Positions 1-12,529 of a stretch of 64,000 bases of DNA are shown piece after piece (within the stretch, counting starts at the first letter, position 1; every line of letters begins with the position of its first letter). Origin of the DNA: Bigelowiella natans CCMP2755 (lineage: Eukaryota; Protista; Cercozoa); the NCBI GenBank assembly GCA_000320545.1, contig ADNK01000149.1:232148-296147 (forward strand), written 5' to 3'. The position numbers and the translations under genes were made by a program. The notes beneath the pieces are model-generated. The model was not told where the DNA came from, searched no databases, and saw nothing but the letters and a program-made list of their open reading frames with translations.

Positions 1-2183
1 CTTGTTGACCATGTCTGAAGGCTCAGGAGGGGTTGGTTTCACTGAACTTCTATTTTTTACAGTGTTCTTATCAACAGCCATTGTAGAGTTCATTTCCAAT
101 TTGCTCTCCTGCGAGAGAAACTTTGGCATAGAGACGGTCAGATTACTTATTTCTTTACGCTGAGGTTGATGTTGCACTTCTATTTTACTGTCTCGTTTTT
201 CAATAGCTGCCGGGATGTTGAGTACAGGCGATTGCGCATCATTTGGCGATCCTGTGGTGCTTGGGGGAGAGCTCATTACTAACTTGCTTTCCTGTGAGAG
301 AAACTTTGGCATAGAGTGTGTGTCGTTCCTGCTCTCCTGTTGCTGAGCTGGATTTGGTACATCCTCTTCTGTGTCACTATCTCCAGGAATCTCCGGATTT
401 TCGATCGCTGATGCTTGTGTACTATTTGGCGATTCTATGGTGCTTGGTGAAGAGCTCATTTCTAACTTGCTTTCCTGTGAGAGAAACTTTGGCATAGAGT
501 GTGTGTCGTTCCTGCTCTCCTGTTGCTGAGCTGGATCTGGCAAATTCTCTTCTTTCATTTTTTCTTCAGAAATCTCCGGATTTTCAATCGCTGGTGCTTG
601 TGCACTATTTGGCGATTCTATGGTGCTTGGTGAAGAGCTCATTTCTAACTTGCTTTCCTGTGAGAGAAACTTTGGCATAGAGTGTGTGTCGTTCCTGCTC
701 TCCTGTTGCTGAGCTGGATCTGGCAAATTCTCTTCTTTCATTTTTTCTTCAGAAATCTCCGGATTTTCAATCGCTGATGCTTGTGCACTATTTGGCGATT
801 CTATGGTGCTTGGTGAAGAGCTCATTTCTAACTTGCCTTCCTGTGAGAGAAACTTTGGCATAGAGTGTGTGTCGTTCCTGCTCTCCTGTTGCTGAGCTGG
901 ATCTGGCAAATTCTCTTCTTTCATTTTTTCTTCAGAAATCTCTGGACTTTCGAGTACGGCTGATAATTGTGTAGCTTGGGTATTATTCAATTGACTCTTG
1001 GATGGTAAGGTATTTTGCAGCTTGCTCTCTTGAGAGAGCAGCTTTGGTGCAGTGGAATTGATACTGTTTTGCGCTTCGTTGTCCTGGGCAAAAGTGCGCT
1101 TGAGCTCCGATTGTGTGCTGAGAAATAAGTCTGTATCCTCACCTGTAAGTAGCCTTGGAGCAGAAGGAGGCATGGGGGCGGATGCAGTCATCGTAGAATT
1201 CGCAGATTTTGCGGTGTTCAGATTGATTTCAGTAACTCTAAGCTTCTCTTGTAGGAATCTGTTTGATTTCTTTTCCTGTTGTAGTTGAGCTTTTAAACGT
1301 TTCAACTCTGCCTTAAACTCATTCTTCATATGCTCTTTCTCGGTTGTGGCTGCAGCCTTCTTCTTTTCCCATTGCTCCTTTGCCATATCGAGCGCCTCCT
1401 TCTCACTATGAAGGGCCGCCCTCTCGCCATTCAGCTTCTCTTTTGCGTTTATGAGTTTGAAGGTATTATTTCTTTCTGTTAGTATCTTCTCTTGTTGATC
1501 CTTAGAGGTCTTGCAAAGTATGAGATACTTGCTTTCCAATTTCAACAGTTTGTCCTTCAAGCTCCTCAGCTGCTGCCGTGCTGAATCGCGTTCAGACTGG
1601 GTTCTTTTTTGAGCCTCGAAGCCAAGTACTGCAATGTCATCCTTTCTTGCCTGCTGCTCTTGAAGCCACAATTTTCTATACTTCTCAATCTCCGATAAAA
1701 TCCTCAACCTTCCCTGTTGTAGTTACAGTCTCTCAGAATTCATTTTTAGCTATTTTCATACATTAAGAAAAAATCACCGCTTCCTTCTTAGCCTTCTCGT
1801 TCTCGACTTTAATATTTGCAACAATCTGCAAGTTGTTGTCAAGTTTCCGCTGAAGATCTTTAACGTGATCACCCAACTTACGTAAAACTTGATTGTTGCG
1901 GCCGGTCATATCATGTATCTAAAGTTAAATGTGATTGTTGTCAGGTTAAAATTTAGCGGCATCTGATATGCCATCGTACCATATCTTTTAACTTGTGAAA
2001 ACGCTTATTGCGGTCCACTTCACGGAATAGACTGGACGGAGCAGCAAGCCCACGACCGCGCCGTAGTCTAGAACATATTACTTCGACTCCCTGAATAAGC
2101 TCTTCGCCGAGATCCTCTTTGTGGAGCCTCTCAAAGAAACGTGTGCGATCCACGGTTTCCTCCCCATCAAAAATGTCAGCCAT
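1..2183 (-). CDS. Coiled-coil protein with C-terminal 61-aa tandem repeats (3'-partial, runs off the window)
   Basis: Spliced frame: MADIFDGEE...KLKDM | IHDMTGRNNQVLRKLGDHVKDLQRKLD...KKEA (1920-1778) | 64-nt GT-AG intron 1777-1714 | open exon from 1713 toward the window edge (GRLRILSEIEKYRKLWLQEQQARK...; E/K/Q heptad-rich, then repeats). Upstream exons to about 2430 are possible. Confidence 0.8.
113..945 (-). repeat. 183-bp coding tandem repeat, about 5 copies (61 aa: QESKLEMSSSPSTIESPNSAQAPAIENPEISEEKMKEENLPDPAQQQESRNDTHSMPKFLS)
   Basis: The anchor ctttggcata recurs at 121, 304, 487, 670 and 853, a period of exactly 183. The minus-strand frame is open through the unit. Confidence 0.95.
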
Positions 2184-2707
2184 TCTGAAAGGCAGCGAGC
2201 TCTTACTTCTCCTTCTTCTTCCAAAGTGGCGAACTTCTCAACCCCTTAACAATCCTTCCCTTCGTGATCTCATTATTGCTATCTGGTTGAAGTGACAATC
2301 GCCGTGTTGTAATTTTAAACGTTCCAGCTCGGATAAGGGAGGAGAAAAATGAAGAAAAAGGCATGAAATTTACCTTTGCGTCATAATTCTTCTACTGACG
2401 CAGAAAATGATATCAGAAGGACTCTTGGACATCCTTTTGCCAAAAATTCGCCGAGCACTCTGTTGTAGGGTCAGATAGCAAGGAGGTTTCGTCCTCGCGA
2501 CATCATTACTGAAACTATCCGTTTTTTTTCAATGGAGAAATTCCGGCTAGGATTTTAGGCCCTTATCGTAAAAACTAGAAAAAAACAATATCTTTGGATG
2601 TCGTAGATACAAATTGGGAATACATTTGCCTAAATGACTAATCTTACCGCACGCTCATCGGTCTTAATAGCCTGGCAAGACCAACGGTTGTCCGACTCAT
2701 CAAACCA

Positions 2708-4981
2708 ATGTGGCGGCGCTTCCCGATTGGACAGATCCCCACCTCCTCACGGCCGAGGAATGCCAGAAGGAACAGTCTAGGTAGAAAGAATAAGTGTACT
2801 AGGGCATGGAATCAGGAATAGAGAAGTCAAGATAAGGGAAGAGTTTGTTGAAATTCTTAAACACAACTCACACACTCACTCACTTGCGCACTCGCACGTA
2901 CATGTATGTACGCGCTCCCAGGAAATAGAGAGGGATTTTGTGTATAATTATGTGGAGGGGGGATAGGGTATTTGTATGAATTTGTTATTCAGAACTACAG
3001 GGAGAAATTCCCAAATCTTTATACACACGTAAATATATACCTGTAGAGAGCTTGTCCTCTCCTAGGACGTCTCCCTCAAAAACTAGACGCTCGTCGCCGA
3101 GACTTCGGGACAAGACGAAGAAGTCCATCCAGGTTGCAAATGCAAACACTTGTGCAGACTACTCCCTGACACACGTAATTATAATAAATACAACCTACTC
3201 CATCCATCAAAGGTCATCTCCTCGAAAAGAATCGTAAAGGAGACATCCAATGCCGCTGCAACGAGAAACACTGCTACTACCACTACCAGCTCTACCTCCG
3301 TCAGAAGATCGCCACGCCTAGGAAAGAAGCGTAAGAGAGCCTCAAATGCCACTACTGCTGCTGCACCTGCTGCCTCCTCTCATTCTGCAGAGCTCTCAAC
3401 TTCCAGCACAATTTCTTCTTTCGCTACAACTTCTAATACTCTTGCCGAGAGTCCAGACTCATCCCAGTCCCATAAAAGTAAGCGGGCCCGCAGAACACCA
3501 TCTCCATCGTCGCTCTCTTCTCTCTCTAGAGACGAGAAGGGAGTGGGGGGTGCAGAAAGAGATGGATTGATGCGAACTCCATCTCCAACAGCAGCAACAG
3601 GCAGGAAAAGTTCTTCTTCTTCGAAGAAAAAACAGAAAGAGGAAAGTAGTAAGACCGATTTCAAGGGCAAGAAACAAACTGTCCGGGTGATATATTATAT
3701 ATGACAACCACGCCACTTTTTAATATTGAGAAAAGGGCCTCCGCAGCCTCCGCACAACTCGCACACACACCACACACACATAAACACATTAACATTCGGC
3801 CACTTTACGTACCTTTACGTACAATATGAAGTGCGCTGTTACCACGGTGGTTTTAGTGTTGCTAGCATCTTCTGGTGTCTGCTTACATCCTCGCCGTTCC
3901 TTCAGCTATGCTGTTTCTTTCTTCTCCCCCTTCTTCTTCCTTCTTCTCCACTCCTCCCCTCCCTCCTCCTCCTCCTCCTCTTCCTCCTCCTCCTCCTCCT
4001 CCTCCTTCTCACAATTAATCGTATCATAATATTGTAGGGAATCCTAAAGACTCCGGGTACGCCCAGAAGAAAGAAGCGGAATCTCCTTTTCTCCCCTAAA
4101 CTAGAGGAAGTGCGAAAACAACACTATCAAGAATTTTCGTAATAATTAGAATAAAGTCAGGGATAAAATTTTAAAAGCGCAGATGATTTGGAACGTAAAG
4201 CTGAAATAGGCGCGAAAAATCTACGCGTTGGATACTAATATCATATCAAATATATGTATATATATATATATATATATAAGTATGTTGTGTATAATACAAC
4301 AATAGCAGTTTTAGAAACCTTTTACAACGCGACCTAAAGCGATGAGATTTATATTTTTTCGTTGTTTTCCGATGCGAATTATGCCCTGTTGGTCGTGCCG
4401 CTGAGTGGAACTGTTTCTTTAACATGAACGTGTTACGATTCCAATCGGAATACTTACGTGTTTTTTTCCATTCATACAGTATGGCGAGACGTATTCAAAG
4501 TACGATTATGATCGATCGATGGTAATGACGAGGAAGAATATTATAATGATGACTATGATAAATCTATGAAATTACTCTCTAGATAGGGGGAAAATTGTTT
4601 TGAATATGTGCGCACACTCGCTCGTCACGTACTATATTCTATTACCTACGCTTGACGTTGAGCACACAAAAAAATAATGGTATACTATGTGCATATTCAC
4701 ATGTATCTGTATTAGTATTTAAATGTTTTATGAGTTTGAATCCGGTGATCAGATCGATATCTTGCGAATTATGTGCGACATGTGCGGAATGCCGCTCGGG
4801 GGCCAAGGCCGCATGACATGTCCTGTAAAGGTATGATCAGGTTGTGTGTCAAATACGTTTGGTTTTTAGTACTACTGTCTGTCATCTTAATCTGTATCTT
4901 ATGTGTGTGTGTGTGTGTGTGTGTGTGTTATCTGATTCCGATCGTGTCATTCTTGAGATTCCTCTTCTGTGCTATCACTAC

Positions 4982-5020
<39 letters not shown>

Positions 5021-5278
5021 CAGGGGTGTGACTTCGATGTGTGCTTTGGATGCTACTGCCCCGCACTAGTGAAAGTTCACAAGGTGGAGTCCGTAGCAGC
5101 AGTACACAGATGATGATGCACACAAAGTCATATTATCCCATGCTTCTCGACGTAGTAGAAGAACGCACGTGGTGGTGTTGGACAACATCATTACTTTTTG
5201 TTCTTTTTTCGGTTCTACTTGCAGAGGGACTATCATCGGAACCGCAAACGGCTCAAGTTCGCAACGTCTGTCCAATAG
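2708..5278 (+). CDS. Ser/Arg-rich protein with a neurabin/spinophilin/Bni4-like PP1-docking segment and a C-terminal ZZ-like zinc finger
   Basis: Phase-consistent exons 2708-2780, 3047-~3132, ~3241-3686, 4038-4109, 4480-4521, 4753-4830, 5024-5083 and 5225-5278 give ...TVRGILKTPGTPRRKKRNLLFSPKLEEYGETYSKYDYDRSMIDILRIMCDMCGMPLGGQGRMTCPVKGCDFDVCFGCYCPALVKVHKRDYHRNRKRLKFATSVQ*. The start and the last exon are less certain. Confidence 0.75.
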
Positions 5279-5285
5279 ATCGCAT

Positions 5286-5316
<31 letters not shown>

Positions 5317-5616
5317 GGGGGGGGGGGGGGCAGGAAAGGGATAGGGTGTGTCAGGTGTGCAGAGCGACAGGGCTTTATAGGAAGAGAGAGAAAAGGAGGG
5401 GGGAGGGAGAGATTCGATAATAACATGTATCTTTGTTTGTCTTTTAGGGTTGACGAGTAGATGCTTTGGCAACTTATCTGGACGATCCAAGAATGAAATG
5501 TTACATTTATGAAGCCGGCGGTGGAATGAGATGTAACAACGATCTTGAATAGGGAATTAATGTTTTTTGGTGCGGAAAATCAAGTGTTCCGTGCTAGTAT
5601 GGACGATTTGTGGATG

Positions 5617-6290
5617 CTTGCTAGCTTGCAATCGTATTGAGCTGGGCTGCTCTCCAGCTAGCCAGCTGCACGTGCGCTAGATGTACACACATAATCTTTC
5701 CAGCACTTGAGCTGCTGCACTGTTATTGGCGCATCGCAAAATGGCAGGATCGATCGCGATGAGCGCTAGCGCGTGCTGACTACTGCTGTTGTGTGCGAAT
5801 CGCATGCACCGCAACAACACATGACAATTGTTATTAGCACACGTGTCGTGACCTGTTTGGTGCATGCTAGCATGTGTGGACATGAAAAGAGCACACGTGC
5901 CTTTTTAGTGCACATGCTAGCATGAAGAATGGGCATGTGCATGTGTTTTTACGCGCTAGCGCGCCTACACGCACGTAGCTAGATAGCTAGCTAGCTAGGG
6001 ACTTATGAGTCCATGTGAGCACACAAACAACTAGATCATGCAAGCTAGCAAGCAACATGTCTAGCTAGCGCGCTAGATGTGATGATGAAAGTCAAAGTGA
6101 TCGCGTACGTGCTAGCGTGGCATGCTATGATCAAGCCAAGCGCATATCTAGATATGCTAGCTAGCTAGCTAGCATGACATTCAACAATCTAGCTAGCTAG
6201 CAATCTAGCAATGTCATTATCGTCAAGTATTATATATAGAGAAGCAAGCTAACATGATGACAGCAAACAATTTAGTCTAGCGTTCGCAGG
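5617..6290. other. Palindrome-dense RY-alternating intergenic tract (convergent spacer)
   Basis: catgctagcatg at 5863 and 5913, cgcgctagcgcg at 5952, gcatatctagatatgc at 6142-6157 and atgctagctagctagctagcat at 6154-6175. No coding frame. Confidence 0.9.
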
Positions 6291-6378
6291 AACGCAATCA
6301 TTATCAGAGAGCTTTATATTGGTGCTCACTACCCTTTTAAAAAAAAATCAAAAATCATTGGATAATGTTGAAGAAGGA

Positions 6379-6912
6379 TCACTTCCGGCTATGGTTGGAC
6401 GGGCTGCCGATGCCCCGCCTGGGCGTACGTATAGCATGCCTTGGGGTCGCTGCAGCAGACACTGTGAAACCTGTAGATGATGGTGACGATGAAGATGGTG
6501 ATGATGAACGATATGCAAGTTGCTTGTGTGTGTTTTTGAAAATCCAAGAATAATGAGACGAAAACCGAATGCTGCTACGTCCGGGCAGAGGGCATGAGAA
6601 CCTTCCTGTGTGTTGTTTCTTCTGGTGTGAGAAGCAGAGACGAGGTACTCGTTGTTGGAATGGCCGGTTTCAGTTACGATCCCTGATAAAGTTAACCAGA
6701 GAGGAAGGGGGGAGGAGAGAAAAGGATGGCAAAATGGAGGGTGAAGAACAACACTTGCCTGAACACCCCTTCCGTGAATGTGGAGAATTCATTGTCATGT
6801 TGTATAAGGGTGCTACTACTACCGCTTGAGATAACTGTTGAAAGATCAGGTCTCCAGTCCTGCATCATTAGTTGATTGATTGATGGATGGATTTGATGAT
6901 GTAGACCACAGC

Positions 6913-6943
<31 letters not shown>

Positions 6944-9110
6944 TTTGTTTTTCGCTACTATTACTACTACCACTATTACTAATACTCTCACCCCCTTATT
7001 TTCCCTTGCAGAAGTGGAAGCGCCTCCTCGCCGCAGGGGGAGGTTTTGGTGAATGCGATGGGGATGGAGGCTTCGGTAGATGCCTTTTGAATAATAAAAT
7101 AGATTAGATTTATAGTAGAAGAAGAAGAAGAAGAAGAAGAAGAAGAAGAACGACAAGAACAGAGACCGGGTTAGTACAGTTGCTTCTCTGTCTCCTCCTC
7201 TTCGTCCTTCTCTCTTCCACTTTCCTTTTCTCATGATTTCTCTTGATATTTTCTCTTTTTTTCTCCTTCCCTTTTCCTCTTCTTCTTCTTCTTCTACCCT
7301 TCTTCGCATCACAAACCGCGCTATTACCACTGCTACTACAACTACAACTACAACTACCTCCGTGTCGCATTTGTAGCGCCATAGAGATAGGACGAGTAGT
7401 TACCCCCGCTGCCAGCGCCCTTTGCTCGCTGCATGGATGGACGGCAATCAGTGGTAAAGAAAAGGAGGAGGAGGTGGAGGAGGAGGAGGAGAGAAAGTAG
7501 CAAGAGGAAGAACAAGATGGGTGGTGCGGCTAGGAATTAATGATGCTAGTGACGACGAATCTATCATGATCATAAATAGCAAACTAACACACACAACTAT
7601 TTACGGCGACACTCGATGAGAGGACTGGTTGTGTGCTTGTTTTGTGTCTCAGAAGCTAGGAGGAAATCGTATCCATCATCCTGTTGATCTACCATCACCT
7701 GCTGCTGTTGCTTTTGGGGCGGCATCGAGCGAGGGCGACGAAATTGGGAATGGCGATTCTGCTGCTGCTGGATCCTACTGATAATCGATGCAGTAGTTTC
7801 ATGTTCAGTGTGCACAAAAACTGTTCTTTACTTCTTCTTCTACTACTACTACTACTACTACTACTACTGCACTAATACCACTGCTACCACTACTCATATT
7901 CCTTCTTAGCATCGACATCATCTCTCGCATATCATACTTTCGTATTTGCTACCTGGCATTGATAGCAGCAGCATTCATACTTGTACCATCTCCGCTTTGA
8001 CCACGCCTAAGGACAGAATCGTTCATATATAAGATGATGATGTTCTATTCTTTTCATCATCATCAGTACACAGAATCTGGCAGCGCATTGGGAGAGGAGA
8101 ATTAGGAGACGACGAGTAGGAGGGAAATGGTGATAACTACTCTCAATCAATGCAATAACCTCGCCATAGGTGGCGGTCTCTGAATGGTGCTATCTCGCGG
8201 ATGATGCTGCAGAAGGAATAACAGAAGTAGGAGGAGTAGCACGAAGAAGAGGAAGAAGAAGGGGAGGAGGAGGAGGAGGAGTACTGAAGATAGTTGGCAG
8301 AATAACGATATAAGATTATATACATTACACAGTATACATAACAATCGGAGAGAAAGGTGTATCATCCTACAACTTACTACTACTTCTGGCAGACGCTGGT
8401 ACGCATTGTCCAAGCCAAACCCAGCTTCCCCATCACGATAGTGAAGGTTATTGTTGTTGTTGTTGTTGTTGTTGTTATTGTTATGAAGTCTGTAGTTATT
8501 GCGGGCCGCTGCTGCTGAATATGATTGACGGGAGTTCAAGAGAACAGAGGAGGGAGGGAGGGAGGGAGGGAGGAGGGGGAAACACTGATAAGAAAAAGAC
8601 GCGTCATCGTCTACAAATCTTCTCTAAGCGCGAGCGGGCATGAGAACGGAAGAGTGACGTTCCATAAGATCGCTTCCCCCTCCGCCTCCTCTGCCCCTCC
8701 TCTTCGCATTCTTATGTTTCTTCTCATCCGCCAACCTCGATAGCTTCAATGCAAAATTCTCATCTCACATCATCATCATCATCATCAGCATCATCATCAT
8801 TATCAATGCAAGGAGTATCATGTTGTCTTCTTCCATACCGTCGTCGGTGCAGCAGCACTGGAGGGAGATTCCACCTTCAGATCCACGCGTCTATATACCA
8901 TCATCATCGTCATCATCAATGTATTACTTCAGTCGGTAGAAAGGGGGGGGGGAATGATCACGTGAATGGCGTCATCAACGATAATTTCTGATAATACTGT
9001 ATATCCGTACTAATACTACTCTATATGTTAATTCGTCGCCTGCATACCTGGGAGAAGATGACGTGTGCATTGAATAACGCGATCGCGAGGAGAACAGCCA
9101 GCTTTTATGT

Positions 9111-9150
<40 letters not shown>

Positions 9151-10070
9151 ATCATGAGCAGCGTCAAAGCCCCCCACCAGTAACACACGTACGATAATGG
9201 ATTTGCAACAACAAAACACAGAGATCATCGAGATCAGTAGTTTTCATGATACAATTTAAAAAAAAAAAGAAGGTGATTGTGGGGATTCTAGTGATGAAGC
9301 AACACTCGTGCCAGCACATACACACACACACACACACACACTACAGCGCACAGAATCATGGTATTGTTGTTTTGTCCGATTCGCAAAGAATAGCAGGCAA
9401 ATACCACGCATACGGCGTAAAACTGAGCGGTTTCAGTCGGAAGGACCTTAAAAACACATGAAAGGAGGAGGGGAGAATAACGAAGGAGTGATATATTCGT
9501 GATAAATCTGTTCCAACACTGTGTTATATGGAGACGACCAAGAAGACAAATAATCGCTGGTGAGAAAGTATTTGAAATGTATGGGTGCTTTTGTTTGTTC
9601 GTTCGGGGACTGTAGTGCTTTGGATGATGAACCCACACACATATATGTACATTTATATATATATATATATATATATGTATATGTATATGAGGCAGTAGTA
9701 ATAAAAGGTGGTGTTTCATATCTTCTTCCTCTTCTTTTTCTTCTTTTCTTTTAAATCTCTCACAAATCGCTTCTCGTCAAGGAAGGGTATCCCCGCAAAG
9801 GCCACGCATGTCCCTGAGCTCTTCAAACGCAGGAGCGGCAGTAGCAGCAGCAGCAGAGAGAAGGTGGGGATAGGATAGATGCCACACATCGATCAGCAAG
9901 CCAACCAAACCAACCAACATGCAAGAAAGAACGCACATGAGCCCCTGTCACTCTTCGGACATGCGTCACAACACGCGCCAGCGCGAGCGAAGATTACTCT
10001 GACACGTATACGTAGATATTACGAACATTGCCCCCCCCCCTTTCTCCACCCACTACTACTACTTCTTCTT

Positions 10071-10101
<31 letters not shown>

Positions 10102-10257
10102 AACTACCGGAAGAATCGAAAGGGAATCGTACTGGCAAGGGAGCTTCACCCAAGCCGCCTGAGCAGTAGGAGGAAAAGAAGGAGGAGGAGGAGGAGGAGG
10201 AGGAGGAGGAGGAGGACGTGAACCCACCACATACGCACACATACCCCATCATGGCTA

Positions 10258-10296
<39 letters not shown>

Positions 10297-10449
10297 GGCA
10301 ACTGAGGATCTCCCTCCTTTCTCCTCCTCCTCCTCCACCACCTCCTCCTCCTTGTTATCGTTGTTGTTTATCTGCTAGATTCAACCAGAGACACAGCTAT
10401 GATCCCTCCAATAAAACCGAACAAGTGCCCTGCGAATCCGATCTGAAGC

Positions 10450-10483
<34 letters not shown>

Positions 10484-10964
10484 GCAGAGCACGGTCATGG
10501 AGGAGTGCTGCAGGGAGGAGAATACATGGCCAAGAGCTACGAGAAGGGAATAGGAAGCAACACTCAAAATCTAACACACGCACACACGCACAGACGTATA
10601 ATATAATACGATGTATTACCGTGCTGCCATTTCCAGCCATCATGACCAAGAGCGTTCGAATGACATCAAACACCAACCACATGCATGCGTAGTACAGCCG
10701 CCCTCTGTGTCGTATGGAAGAAGAAGAAGAAGAAGAAGAAGAAGAAGAAGAAGCAGAAGAGTATTGTGACGATGACGACGATGAAGATATTTATTCAAAA
10801 GAGGAAATAGATGGTGGAGGATTACTGTCAGAAGAGTACAGATTGAGAGGTGCGAGCAGAAGAGTATTTGACGATGACGATGGCGATGATGATGATATTT
10901 ATTCAAAAGAGGAAATAGATGGTGGAGGATTACTGTGAGAAGAGTACAGGTTGAGAGGTGCGAG

Positions 10965-11004
<40 letters not shown>

Positions 11005-12330
11005 CATCAGCTACTTTTCATATCATTATATTAATAAAAAAAATCATATACGAAACACATAATTCCATGGATTTTGAGCTTGAGCTTCATAATTCGTGGG
11101 TATGTAGCAGCAACCTCAGTGCGGGGGCATATCTGCCACTTGTGTTGTATCCAATACCAATCATGCAGAGCTAAGAGGAGGCGGAGGGGGAGGGGGAGGG
11201 CAAGGATGACGACGATGAAGATAGAGTAGCAGTAACTCTATCGAAATTATAAATATGGAAAAAACGCCATTCTTTTGAGTGCTGAAAGACGACGAGAAAA
11301 GTGATGTATAGCTGTATATCCGTCTTCTTATAACCACATTAAAGCTGTAGTCTCAAATGCTGATGATCCTCCTAGTGACATGCAAATAGCAGCATCTTGC
11401 ATCTCATCGCAAGTAACAACCCCCATTATGGCGCCCTGGAGGCCGAAGCACACGCCTGACAATCCTGAGATAGCAGCATCATAATGTGGTGGAAGGAGGG
11501 GTGGATGGTGGGAGGTTAGCAACGAAGAAGAAGAAGAAGAAGAAGAAGAAGAAGAAGAGGAGGAGGAGAAGAGACATGGAAGGAATGAGTTCCTTTATTT
11601 GATAAGTGATGATGGATATTACCCTCTATCATGCCTTGGAAGGTAAAGATCGAAGCACCTAATTCGGTTTGTAACAAAGGCGTCTATCTTGGGGACGAGG
11701 ACGTGCAACGAAAATCTAGTATTTTTGGGTTTCCACGCTTTGAAACTAATCGCTCATTTAACTGGCAGAACTGAGGCCGTTTGGCCAAAATGGTGCGGAT
11801 TTGGTATATTGTCATATTTTCGGACACACTGATTATGCGACATCTCTTCTCCCGTTTTCTTCTTCTTCTTGTTCTTGTTCTTCTTCTTCCACTTTGACAT
11901 ACCTAGACCCGAGGAGAACGCGGATACCGCAACTACCCAGATGACATTCAGGCTTCCCTGTAGAATAACAATAATAATATTAATTGATGAAAATAGTACC
12001 GATGATGCGATGATGATAATAATGATGATGATGAGAGAAATGCCATTCATATCAATACATATTAAGAATAGCACGGGTACACACACGCACACACACACAC
12101 ATCGTATAATTATATTCAAATTGCTACTGACTTCAGATGTGAATCAACTTGAATAATATACGACTCACCACATATATCGGTGGGGTTTCGGAGCTGTACG
12201 CAATGGTTCGTGGCAGCTAGAAAACAAAAAATGGCGACAACAACACGACGCAGCAAGGAAGGAGGGCTTCAGGGAATCGAGTGAAAACGTGGTTAATTGA
12301 AGAGGAAGATAGATGGCGCACATCAGTCAT

Positions 12331-12364
<34 letters not shown>

Positions 12365-12492
12365 CGTGCAGGAGAGAACCGCGAACGAAACAGTAGCAAT
12401 GCATTTCGTCGGTCGGTAAAGCAACCAAAGCAAAGCACATCCAAACCTAGTCACCTTCGGGATGACTATCATCACTATTATGATAATGTTTT

Positions 12493-12529
<37 letters not shown>

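Noticed and set aside
113-945. Regular repeats as a possible CRISPR array
   Set aside because: The units are 183 bp, contiguous, without unique spacers, and in frame within a eukaryotic exon.
5286-5331. (AG)n-G-run junctions (also ~26755, ~43200, ~47036) as G-quadruplex elements
   Set aside because: They are simple slippage products or homopolymers prone to sequencing error; no positional pattern was seen.
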